A stretch of 64,000 nt of DNA. Origin: an uncultured virus (IMG/VR IMGVR_UViG_3300042507_001994). Its lineage: Duplodnaviria; Heunggongvirae; Uroviricota; Caudoviricetes. The notes beneath the pieces were generated by a model. That model made no database searches. It saw only the letters and a program-made list of their open reading frames with translations, and was not told the origin of the DNA. The translations under genes and the position numbers were made by a program. The stretch lies in IMG/VR virus record IMGVR_UViG_3300042507_001994. One strand, 5' to 3'. Of this stretch, positions 45,201 to 53,403 are shown one piece after another (position 1 is the first letter of the stretch; the number at the start of each line of letters is the position of its first letter).

Positions 45201-48200
45201 ACCAAGGGCGCCTTCTTTAGATACCCGGGCCGTAGTGCCGTAGTCAGTATCAACACCACGGTAAACAACCAAAGGCCTTCCATCATCATCAACAACGGCA
45301 CTATCCTTGAACCACCTCCAGAAGTTCTTGGTTCCTTCTTCAGTGGGGTAGATAGGCTTGTTGGTGCTGCTGGTGGTGGGACGTTCAGTACCGTCTACGT
45401 TGACAGTGTCACGCAGGCTGGGCTTGGCAATCGGGATGATCTTCTTGCCGGCCTTGATCTTCTCTTGGTCTCGGATGACAACGGTGTCTCCGTCCCTCTC
45501 CCGGTCGTAATCGACAAAGAACCCATCGTGCCGTAGTGCGGCGTCTTCTGGCCTGCCCGTCCTGTCCTTGTTGGTCAGGCCGATGATCATGCCCTTGTTG
45601 AAGAGGTTGCCCTTCTGGCCGGGCCGAGGATCCAGGAACCGGGCGTCGTAGTTGTCGCCGTTCCAGACCTGGAACTTGTCCCCGGTCTTCTCGTCCAGCA
45701 CAAAGTCGGGCATGTCCCGCTTGCTTGTAAACGCCATCGCCACGTTGAACCCATTGTTCAAACGCTTGATCATGGCGTCCCAGTTGGATCCGACACCAAC
45801 CGTCTTTCCTTCAACAACCTGAGCCGCGCCGTCAGAGCTATAGGTCAGGTGGTGGTTGTCAGCAATCGGGCCCGGCGTTGCCAGCTTGGTGTAGTCATAG
45901 AACCGGACGCCAGGGAACCCCTCAATGAACGGCTTGAGCATCTTCGGCGGGAAGTCGCTCGTCACGTTCAGACGTATAGCAGGTGTGTAAACCTGCTTCT
46001 TAACGCGACTTTTTTCTCCGTTCTCTTCCGTGATGACCTCAAAGCCCTTGTCGCTCTTGGCCCAGGATTCAAACTTCTTGATCTCGTCGTAGAGGACGAT
46101 GCCGAACTCTTCCGGGTGCATCACCAGAGCTTCGGTCTTGAGATACTGAGACAGCCTGGGGCCGGCGCGGAACGGACCATCACCGCCGTAAAGCTGGTTC
46201 TGACCGCTGGTCTCACCCAGGCACAGACCCTCACACCGGGCCGACTGCGGGCAGGTAGACAGGTTGCGCTCGTTGATCTTCTGGGCGCTGGCAAGCCCAA
46301 GCCCCAGAGACGCCACGCTGTTCTGGATGTCTTCCGGAAGCTGGTACTCGTTCAAGCGGGTCTTCTGCAGCTTCCCGTTTTCACCAAGGAGGGTGCCGAC
46401 GTTGTGCTCGTCCTTGAGCACCTGCCGGGCCTGGGCGAGCTTGGCACGCTGATCTGCCGGCGAGAGTTGCTTGTACGCAGAGATGGCAGACTCAAGGCCC
46501 TTGCCGATGTCACCAATCGTCGTGGTCTTGGCGATAGCCTCGCTGCGCGGCTTGTAGAGCGTGAACAGCTTGGTCATCTTCATCTTCTCGGCGAAGGCAT
46601 TGCCCTCTGCCAGTTGGATGAAGAAGTCCTTCCGGCCATCCGAATGCTCCATGTCGAACTGGAGCATCTCCGGCGGCACCTGAACCATCACGTTGGCTTC
46701 AATCGGACCCTGATCGATGTTGCCAGCCCTGGTCCGGACAGCAGCAGGATTGGACTCGTTGGTCAGGTAGATCCGGTTGGACGTTGGGCTGGTCGCCTTG
46801 AGTCTCTTGGTCTTGGCGACTTCCCGGGCGGACAGATTGCTGGTCGGGAAGTACAGGGTGACCGTGCCATTCGCGTTGAGCGGCACGTTCAGAACAGGAT
46901 GGTTCTCCTTGCCCTTGGCAAGCTCTTTCTCCCCATACGGGGCTTTGATGGAGAGCTTGGGCGTTTCAACAGGCGCCTCGATCTGCCCCGCCGAGGTGTA
47001 GGGAAGAATGCCGTTCTGCTCTTCGTACTTCTCGGCGTCCTTCTCTTCCTGTGCAGTGTCTTTCCAAGAATCGGGCTCGATGGGGCCGGCACGAAGCTCG
47101 CCCCGCTCGGCCTTCTTGAATATCCGCTCTGCATCAAGCGCGGCACCAAATGCCTCCTTGATAGCCTGGAAGAAGTTCTGGATCTTCTTCAGCAGAGCCT
47201 GGAGCATCCCAGCAGGAGCCTTGGTGGCGCTGAAATCGGCAAAGGCATCAGCGATAGCCTCCTCCAGCATCGCCTCTTCGTCGCCGCCGTAGAACTTCAT
47301 GTAGGCGTCGTACCGGGACATCTGCCCTTCTTGCAGAGGCTGTCTGTTTACATTCTTCTTCTTCAGGTACTGATCGACCCACTTCTCCTTGGCCTGCCTC
47401 TCCAAAGACTTCCACTGCGCCGGGGAGAAGAAGCCAAGCTCCTTCATGGCATGGATTGCTTCATGCCTCAGAGCAACGACAGGATCTGTCGCATCAAGTG
47501 CCAGACTGAGAACCTTGGAGGCGTACTCCCCCTCGGCCTTCATGTCGGCAACCAACCGGAGACCCACATCCTTCAGGCCATACCGGGTCAGGATCCTCTG
47601 AAGAGCCTTGCCAAGTGCATCAATCTTGGCCTCAACATCCTTGGGAAGTTCCTTGGGCTCAGCTTCCCGGACAGAGGGCTTCTCTTCCGGCTTCTCTGCA
47701 GGCTCCATCTCCTTGCGGATCTCTTGCACAAGCTCAGGAGAGCTTGACCAGTTATCCCAGGACGCTTTCTGCTGACGGAGTTCCTTCTCCCGCTTCTTGA
47801 GTGCCTCGGGATCCTTGATGTCGATCCCTTCCTTCTTGGCGATCTCCGGGCGCCTGCTGGCGCCAGAGATGGCAGCAAGCCTCTGCGCAATCTGGTTCTG
47901 CTTGAGAGTGGCGATCTTCGCCATCTCCTCAGCTTCCTTCATGGCGGAGTCATCAAACCCAAAGAGGTCACCACCCTCTAGCGCAGGACGGCCCTTGGAG
48001 ATCTCCTGTACCGCCTTGATGATGTTTACAGCAGCAAGAGGGCTCTTCCCCTCCTGGATGGCCTTTATGCCGACTGCTTGGAGTCGGGAGTCTCCGGGGG
48101 CGGCGTTGGCGATTGCGGCTGCGCCTGCGTCAGGGATGACATCGGCACGATGCGCCGCAACAAGCTCGGGACTTCCTTTGGTTGCGATGGCGAAGCCTTG

Positions 48201-50156
48201 CTTTCCCGGAGCCCGCGCCAGAAGACCTCTTGCGTCGGCATCTGCTTCTGGGATTCCTGCATTTTCAAAGTAGGCGACATAGTCCTTGACCTTCCCCTGT
48301 TGGTCCCGAATGTTCAACTCGGCATCCAGCATCGCTGCCTGTTTGGCATCGAAACCAGTAGCCTCTTCATGGATCTGGGCAGGGATGGTTTGTTCTCCAC
48401 TGCGCTGGGCAAGATCCAACCTATGCCGCCCGGAGATCACCTCCATGCGGCCATCGTTTCGCTTCCAGACCTGGATGGGCGCGACACCGCGCCGGTCAAA
48501 CGTGCCGCCCAGGGCCTCAACAACACCCTTGGCATCAGCATCCGACTTGAACTGAGGAACGTCTTTCGACAGCATCAACTCAGCAAGGGGCAACTCAATG
48601 ACGGGATAGCCAGCGACCGCGTGCTGCTCTGACGCTTGCTCGGCCTTCGCCTCATCCGCCGCGGCTTGCTCTTCTTCTTTGGTCTCAGCCTGGGCCGGCT
48701 TGGTCTCGGTGGGCTTGGCCTGCTCAGGGATCTCGGTGGCTGGCTTCTCTGCCGTTTCAACGGGAGTGAGCGGCAGCGTTGTCGGCGCAGCGCCTTCTGC
48801 AGGCTGTGTAGCCGTTTGTGTAACGAGATCGGGCGGGACAGTCTTCTCTCGGGGAACCCGCTGCGCCAGGATGGATTGAAGCGTGGATGCCCGCTGCTCC
48901 GGCGGCAGGTTCATGGCATACGCCCTCACCTGATCCAGAGTGCCGACTGATCCATCGGGAAGGCGGAAGACATCCTCTCCCTCCGGGGCCGTTGAAACAA
49001 CAGGCTCAGTGGGGGCGGCGGGCGGCGTCACCGGGGCAAGAGGCTGTTCTGCACGCCGAGCGGCGTCGATCTCCCGGCTCATCCTACGGGCGAAAGCAGA
49101 GTCGGACTCACCCTCTTGTTGACCCGGCAAACGCTCCACACCAGTGCGAGGAACAGCAAGTCCACCACCCAGGATGGCCCCGGCAGCACCTTCCATTGCG
49201 CCAGCACCAAAGACATTCCTGAACAGAGGAACATCAAAGCCTTCACTCCTCAAGGCTATGTTCTGGGCAAGTTGAGACTGTCCAGCTTGTGCGAACTCAG
49301 GAGCGCCTTCTTGAAGAGCGCCAAGACCGACGCGGGACAGCAGGCCCCTCTCGGCATCTCGAAGAGCTTGCTGCTCTGCAACATCCTTGACAGCACCTCT
49401 GCTCAGCATGGACGTCAGAGGACGTTCAATGCCCATACCGCCAGCAATTGCCCCCAACCCACCGGCAGCAACCATGGACGGAAGATTGGAACTTGCATAG
49501 GACTGAGCCTCTAGAGCCTTGGCCCGAGCGATCTCATCGGAGGCGCCCTTCTCCTTGTAAGCCTGCTCGACAGCCTCGTAGATGGAGCCCTTGACCTCAC
49601 CAACCCCCATGGCCGCGCCGACAGCAGGCATGGCAACAGCACCGGCACGGGCCACACCAAGAGCAGCCCCAACAGGGCCAGAAGCAAGACCAGCAATGAT
49701 TACCGGCGCGGTAGACCCAAGAGCCTGGGCCAGCGTATCTACAGGGGCGGTGGCTAGAGCCCGAAGACCAGCACCAACCTGAGCAAGGACACCCTTGTCT
49801 TCTGCCTCCTTGAGGATCTCTGCAACCCTTCTCTGGTCATTCTTTGCCTGAGAAGACAGAAGATCTGCCAGCCAAGTATCGGCAGACTTGAGTGCCTCTG
49901 ATGCCGAAGATCCCGCCCCGAAGAGGTCGGCCAGCATCCTGATGCCACCAACACCGCCCCGGACAACCTGAAGGGGAACATCGAGGATCTGCCGAAGAAC
50001 GCCGCTCTGTTCTGGCTGAGGGGCCGGAGGAGCAGTGATGGCCTGTCGTCCAACTTGAGATTGGACATATTGAATGATCTGGTCTTGTGTTGCTCCCTCC
50101 GGGGCAGTAACACGATACCGATTGCCATCAGGAGCAGTGACTTCGTAAGTCGGCAT
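42261..50156 (-). CDS. Giant polyvalent (probably ejected) virion protein: ParB-like, HExxH zincin, GP88-like, ART-like and LPD38-like domains
   Basis: 2631 aa; VISGRHR; LRHEAIH; CPQSARCEGLC/RLNVTSD/FYDYTK; VVYRG/GIYTT/GYDG/QIKSA; C-terminal RDNYWI..KIPIPFEIG. Confidence 0.8.
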   Translation of the reverse strand: MPTYEVTAPDGNRYRVTAPEGATQDQIIQYVQSQVGRQAITAPPAPQPEQSGVLRQILDVPLQVVRGGVGGIRMLADLFGAGSSASEALKSADTWLADLLSSQAKNDQRRVAEILKEAEDKGVLAQVGAGLRALATAPVDTLAQALGSTAPVIIAGLASGPVGAALGVARAGAVAMPAVGAAMGVGEVKGSIYEAVEQAYKEKGASDEIARAKALEAQSYASSNLPSMVAAGGLGAIAGGMGIERPLTSMLSRGAVKDVAEQQALRDAERGLLSRVGLGALQEGAPEFAQAGQSQLAQNIALRSEGFDVPLFRNVFGAGAMEGAAGAILGGGLAVPRTGVERLPGQQEGESDSAFARRMSREIDAARRAEQPLAPVTPPAAPTEPVVSTAPEGEDVFRLPDGSVGTLDQVRAYAMNLPPEQRASTLQSILAQRVPREKTVPPDLVTQTATQPAEGAAPTTLPLTPVETAEKPATEIPEQAKPTETKPAQAETKEEEQAAADEAKAEQASEQHAVAGYPVIELPLAELMLSKDVPQFKSDADAKGVVEALGGTFDRRGVAPIQVWKRNDGRMEVISGRHRLDLAQRSGEQTIPAQIHEEATGFDAKQAAMLDAELNIRDQQGKVKDYVAYFENAGIPEADADARGLLARAPGKQGFAIATKGSPELVAAHRADVIPDAGAAAIANAAPGDSRLQAVGIKAIQEGKSPLAAVNIIKAVQEISKGRPALEGGDLFGFDDSAMKEAEEMAKIATLKQNQIAQRLAAISGASRRPEIAKKEGIDIKDPEALKKREKELRQQKASWDNWSSSPELVQEIRKEMEPAEKPEEKPSVREAEPKELPKDVEAKIDALGKALQRILTRYGLKDVGLRLVADMKAEGEYASKVLSLALDATDPVVALRHEAIHAMKELGFFSPAQWKSLERQAKEKWVDQYLKKKNVNRQPLQEGQMSRYDAYMKFYGGDEEAMLEEAIADAFADFSATKAPAGMLQALLKKIQNFFQAIKEAFGAALDAERIFKKAERGELRAGPIEPDSWKDTAQEEKDAEKYEEQNGILPYTSAGQIEAPVETPKLSIKAPYGEKELAKGKENHPVLNVPLNANGTVTLYFPTSNLSAREVAKTKRLKATSPTSNRIYLTNESNPAAVRTRAGNIDQGPIEANVMVQVPPEMLQFDMEHSDGRKDFFIQLAEGNAFAEKMKMTKLFTLYKPRSEAIAKTTTIGDIGKGLESAISAYKQLSPADQRAKLAQARQVLKDEHNVGTLLGENGKLQKTRLNEYQLPEDIQNSVASLGLGLASAQKINERNLSTCPQSARCEGLCLGETSGQNQLYGGDGPFRAGPRLSQYLKTEALVMHPEEFGIVLYDEIKKFESWAKSDKGFEVITEENGEKSRVKKQVYTPAIRLNVTSDFPPKMLKPFIEGFPGVRFYDYTKLATPGPIADNHHLTYSSDGAAQVVEGKTVGVGSNWDAMIKRLNNGFNVAMAFTSKRDMPDFVLDEKTGDKFQVWNGDNYDARFLDPRPGQKGNLFNKGMIIGLTNKDRTGRPEDAALRHDGFFVDYDRERDGDTVVIRDQEKIKAGKKIIPIAKPSLRDTVNVDGTERPTTSSTNKPIYPTEEGTKNFWRWFKDSAVVDDDGRPLVVYRGVDTDYGTTARVSKEGALGAGIYTTPSASFASYYAEGESPNVMPLYVSLQKPLLLKHKGNEDPMIMALVQLGMKQDKAEAMVEKAYEEKGYIGKQVMNRALSQGYDGLMQYRDGKLTEIVAFNPTQIKSAIGNVGKFDPVDPSIKASLRDTTDPVTRARVDQITTPREEKSFIKRITEAIAPKSASSFRAAFLDRYNRLSEYDKELVRLMGGAPLLADASSHGAALMSDLSAGVLAGAMGVHDGVGGIPVYVNGHTKIVNNNNTVKGPIAIFAPLAKYNDPFIYQKYQTWAAINRGIRLYGQGRETGIITPADRATAAQILKDHPEFKDIHDEWIKFNNGLVKYLKDTGVLSEEAAKEFVKYSDYIPFYRQVEGEETVGPQIFASLSGVRAPKKLKESELKIGEFLETVVRNVQYSIEAGMKNVAAQRAVNTAVLIGQANRLNYASSAPNVIKVLENGLTSYYATKDPLFVEAMKSLNLGDLPFIGLLAGPANLLRNLVTKDPAFMLANMMRDSMSAWVSSGVKMTPMVDTLTNFTKALRGQNPEYAALLNSGVIGGYDYSQGVEISAQRFDRALRKEAGVYTPAEQLARPFVSLWDALEKGTTASDAATRMEVYKKTLAETGNEAEALFRAVEVMNFNRKGNNPMVRVLTAAVPFLNARMQGLDVLYRAAFGRGTEANAKEIQKSFFIRGMTIAALSTMYWMLASEDDEWKRQEQETRDNYWILGDVKIPIPFEIGVLFKVIPERILEYSFGDDTGKDFLKSMTRQLTSTLSFNPIPQTALPLIESVTNYSFFTGRPIVSQGLEDVNPAYQIAPGTSRIGELIGGATKDLPTALQLSPVKIDEMIRGYTGTIGGYMMDLFDAIYDMNTDAPKAAKRFEQMPVIRRFAVDPLARGQVTAYYELKNSVDEAVRTANLLERNMKPQEWGEFMQENMGLLATKDFVLDLEKSMKQYREMKNFVRASTMDAEGKKDIIANITELENNLASNIQEIKKMIDAQ

Positions 50157-50158
50157 GG

Positions 50159-51805
50159 TTATTCCTGGCCGGGCGTTTTAACTTTTTCAATACTCCATCC
50201 TGCGGTGTTTACAGAGGATGGCATGGGAACACCTGCCTCTTGGCTCATTCTGGAAATGGCAGCATCAAGATTGCGGATTTCCTGGCTGTTTTTGAAAGAC
50301 GTTTCAAAATCTTGTTGCATTTTTTCCCAAGCATCAGTCTTTTCTTTTGGTGCGTTGGGTGCGGAAGCGGCCATTTGAGCCAGTTTGACTGGAGTGCTGT
50401 TTAACCAATCCGCCCTTGCTTTTTGATACGTTTTGTTCCGGTTGTCCAGTGCTACGGTCAACCTCTGCAGACCGATCATTTCTCGCCCTTGTGCCGCGGA
50501 ATCTCTTGAGGCCCTTGCCGCCGATTCCCGAGCTTTAACATCTTGAAGCCTAGTATCGATCTCGGCTTGCGTCTGCCGCATTCTGACGTTGTTATCGGCA
50601 ATCTTCTGATCCGTCTCCCGCTTCAGATCTGCGTCACGGTTTTGGATGGCATACTTCCTCTGTTCTTCCAAAAACTCAGACTCTTGATACTGAGAATTGA
50701 GAAGACGAACCTTCTCGTTGAGAACAGAGATGCCCTCTTCTGCCTTCTCGGCCCTAGCTCTCCTGCCAGCAAGAATAGAGGATAGGCCCCCGGCCAGGGA
50801 GCCCATCGTCTTGCCGCGCTGAGGATTGATGCTTGCCGCAAGTGAAAGCAGGGCTTCAGGATCATCAATCAACGGACGCCGGGCAGCATCAATCCTTCCT
50901 TGAAGTTGCCTGATTCCTTCTGAACGAATCTTCTCCGCGTCCTGTTGAGACCGTTGAAGCCTTCCCGCTGAGAGTTGTTCCATGCGCTGCCGCGCAGCCA
51001 ACACCTCTGGAGAGATGGCCGCCCCCTCTTGGACGATTCGATTTCGTTCTTCTTCCGCTCTTTCAAGTCTTTGAGAGTAGGGCGAAAGACCTGTTGGAGC
51101 CTCTGCCGCAGGCGAAGTTGCGGCGGGCGGAGTAAAGATCGAGGTAAGCGGCGTCACGCCGGTCGCAGAGCGTGCGGCGGGCGGAGATGACGAAGCGGCG
51201 GTGCGGGCAGGTGTTTGAGCAGCAGACCGCCCTTGCGCCAACCATGGATGCTGCTGCAGCATCCGTTGCACTGCAGGCTCAGACCCGGATGCTTGAACAA
51301 ATTCAAATTGCTGGCGAATCCTTTGGCGCCGAGCCTCTTCAACTCGCGCAGCATCTTCTTGGTCAGTGACACGTGAGCCGCCAAAGCTAGGATCAAGCTG
51401 AGCAACGATGTCCCCGTCAAGATCGCCAACCTCCCCGCCAGGGGCATAAGACTTCATCTCCCCACCAGAAGCAGCCATGACAGCCATGACCTGATCTGCC
51501 ACTGGAGGCGTTTGTTGCGCCGCAGCATTCTGGGCTTGAGCTTGTTGGCCCATGGCTCCTTGTTGTAGAGCCTTGGCCTTCATCGCATCGGCATAAGCAG
51601 AAGCAACAGCCCACTTGGGCCGCATGTCATTTGGGTCGTTGTAGATCCTGATCAGGTCTTCTGCTGGGATCTGTTTCAACGCCCTGGTGTATGCAACAGG
51701 GTTTCGCCCTTGTTGTGCAGGAAGGGCTGTAAACGCCCCTGCTTGGCCGGGCATGGCAGGTTTGTTTCCGCCTTGGATAAGGGATTGAAGACCTGCCATG
51801 ATCAT
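50159..51805 (-). CDS. Putative internal virion/ejection protein
   Basis: 548 aa, helical, A/Q-rich, contains MAASGG and YAPGG. Confidence 0.6.
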   Translation of the reverse strand: MIMAGLQSLIQGGNKPAMPGQAGAFTALPAQQGRNPVAYTRALKQIPAEDLIRIYNDPNDMRPKWAVASAYADAMKAKALQQGAMGQQAQAQNAAAQQTPPVADQVMAVMAASGGEMKSYAPGGEVGDLDGDIVAQLDPSFGGSRVTDQEDAARVEEARRQRIRQQFEFVQASGSEPAVQRMLQQHPWLAQGRSAAQTPARTAASSSPPAARSATGVTPLTSIFTPPAATSPAAEAPTGLSPYSQRLERAEEERNRIVQEGAAISPEVLAARQRMEQLSAGRLQRSQQDAEKIRSEGIRQLQGRIDAARRPLIDDPEALLSLAASINPQRGKTMGSLAGGLSSILAGRRARAEKAEEGISVLNEKVRLLNSQYQESEFLEEQRKYAIQNRDADLKRETDQKIADNNVRMRQTQAEIDTRLQDVKARESAARASRDSAAQGREMIGLQRLTVALDNRNKTYQKARADWLNSTPVKLAQMAASAPNAPKEKTDAWEKMQQDFETSFKNSQEIRNLDAAISRMSQEAGVPMPSSVNTAGWSIEKVKTPGQE

Positions 51806-52653
51806 CCCGTCGTGGTGTTGGACTGGTTCCCGAACAGCATCTGATACAGAGCCAGCCCGCCGATGCCGCCTTGGGTCAGCGCCCCCAGCAAGGAGTCGCC
51901 TTCACTGTACTTCGGAGCTTCAAGCGGGAGGCCCTGCAAGAGGCTCTGCATGTACGTCGCCTGCTGGTAGGGATACTTCAGAGACTCCTGGAACTGCTGG
52001 TAGCCAAAGTCCAACGGCTGTTGAGCGATGGCCCGCTCTTTCTCGCCCGCAGCCATTTGCTGCTGGAGTGCATCCAGCCCGAACTTGGCGCCGTACTGCT
52101 GCGCCTGCTCGCCGTACTGTTGGGATTTCAGCCCAAGCTCAGACTCGGCAAGACGTTGTTTCTGGGCCTGATCAAACGCAGCCTGCAATCCCTTGATGTT
52201 GATGTCCGAGATCTGTTGACCCAGGTTGCGCTGCCGCTCCGCCTCCATGATCGCCTGTCGGCTACCGCCGTAGGCGCCCGCTTGAGCAAGCCGCGCCTGC
52301 TCCGATTGGCGGCTGATGTCAGCCTGCCTGCGGGCTTCCCGTGCAGCGATGTCAGTGACATTACTCGTATACGGGTTCATGTAGTCTTGAACAGAACCCA
52401 GAGCGCCAAGACCCGTGTTGAACTGCGTTGGGTTGTACGTGCCCAGGTTCTGAAATCCTGTAAACGCGTTCTTTAGCGCATCAGGCGTTGCAGCAAACCG
52501 ATCACCTGTAAACGGCTGGTAGGCTTGATTGGCCGCGCCCCATCCTTTGGACAACATGTCCTGAACATAGGGTCCGAAGCTGGCAGAGAGCGTGGACTGA
52601 CCCGGGGTGATCGCCGGGCTGGTCGTGCCGGTAGTTGTGGTGACATCCATCAC
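51802..52653 (-). CDS. Putative DNA ejection/pilot protein
   Basis: YMNPY...AGAYGGSRQA, Q-rich, G-rich hydrophobic C-terminus. Confidence 0.65.
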   Translation of the reverse strand: MMDVTTTTGTTSPAITPGQSTLSASFGPYVQDMLSKGWGAANQAYQPFTGDRFAATPDALKNAFTGFQNLGTYNPTQFNTGLGALGSVQDYMNPYTSNVTDIAAREARRQADISRQSEQARLAQAGAYGGSRQAIMEAERQRNLGQQISDINIKGLQAAFDQAQKQRLAESELGLKSQQYGEQAQQYGAKFGLDALQQQMAAGEKERAIAQQPLDFGYQQFQESLKYPYQQATYMQSLLQGLPLEAPKYSEGDSLLGALTQGGIGGLALYQMLFGNQSNTTTG

Positions 52654-53402
52654 GCTCTCCTTTGAAGCTGGTTCATCAGCGCGTAGAGTGCCTTGGCGCC
52701 GCCTGCTTGGTTGACTGCACGCTTGGGCACGTAGGCTTCTCCGTTGGACACCCTGGCCGGGGTGTTCCCATCGATTGTCGCAGGGATGTGGTCGCTTGTG
52801 CCAGTCCCCGGGCCCACAATCGGTCGAGCGCCGGGAAGCATTTGAGCAATACCCCTTGGGCCCCCAGCGCCGTCCACCGCCCGCTTGGTCATCACGAAGC
52901 CGCCATCCTCCATGCGAAGAGGGTTCTTGTGGGTGCCTGTGACAGCACCGCCATGGGCATAGGCGTGCATAAGACCGCCTTGGGCAGCGTACTGAGCGAT
53001 GGGCCCGTACTTCCCCTGCACCATGGTGCGGTTCGTCGGAGTGGGAGATGCCACCTGGGTATAACCGCCGCCCGAAGGACTGGCGCGGTTCAGTGCCCCA
53101 AGAAGCGCCATCAGACCCACTGTGCCGCCCATCCCGACGCCGGATCTCATCAGGCTGTTGAACGCCTGCATGGACGGGTTTGAGAGAAACGCCCTGAGAG
53201 GGTCAAGGGCGCTGGCTTGATATGACCCCGCTGCTGTGGGATTGTTGGCACCAGATACGCCGGGGCCTTCTTGCGCGGCGGTTTCTGACATACCGCTGAG
53301 CCACGTATAGGCCGGAGGAATGTCGTACCCCAATGCGGCGTTTACATCCGCATCAGACACACCGGGCAAGTAATAATCTTCAGCGGTGTAATAATCATCC
53401 AT
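52650..53402 (-). CDS. Protein with YAxGG motifs and a tape-measure-type GPGTGTSD..PA..SNGE domain
   Basis: YAAQGG, YAHGG, DGGFVMTKRAV, GPGTGTSDHIPA, SNGEAYVPKRAV. Confidence 0.65.
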   Translation of the reverse strand: MDDYYTAEDYYLPGVSDADVNAALGYDIPPAYTWLSGMSETAAQEGPGVSGANNPTAAGSYQASALDPLRAFLSNPSMQAFNSLMRSGVGMGGTVGLMALLGALNRASPSGGGYTQVASPTPTNRTMVQGKYGPIAQYAAQGGLMHAYAHGGAVTGTHKNPLRMEDGGFVMTKRAVDGAGGPRGIAQMLPGARPIVGPGTGTSDHIPATIDGNTPARVSNGEAYVPKRAVNQAGGAKALYALMNQLQRRA

Positions 53403-53403
53403 A

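Noticed and set aside
45849..47747. Long + strand ORFs (632 aa here; also 16799-18334, 44265-45536, 13643-14569)
   Set aside because: They are antisense shadows of well-supported minus-strand genes, expected from GC-rich codon bias, and carry no recognisable motifs.
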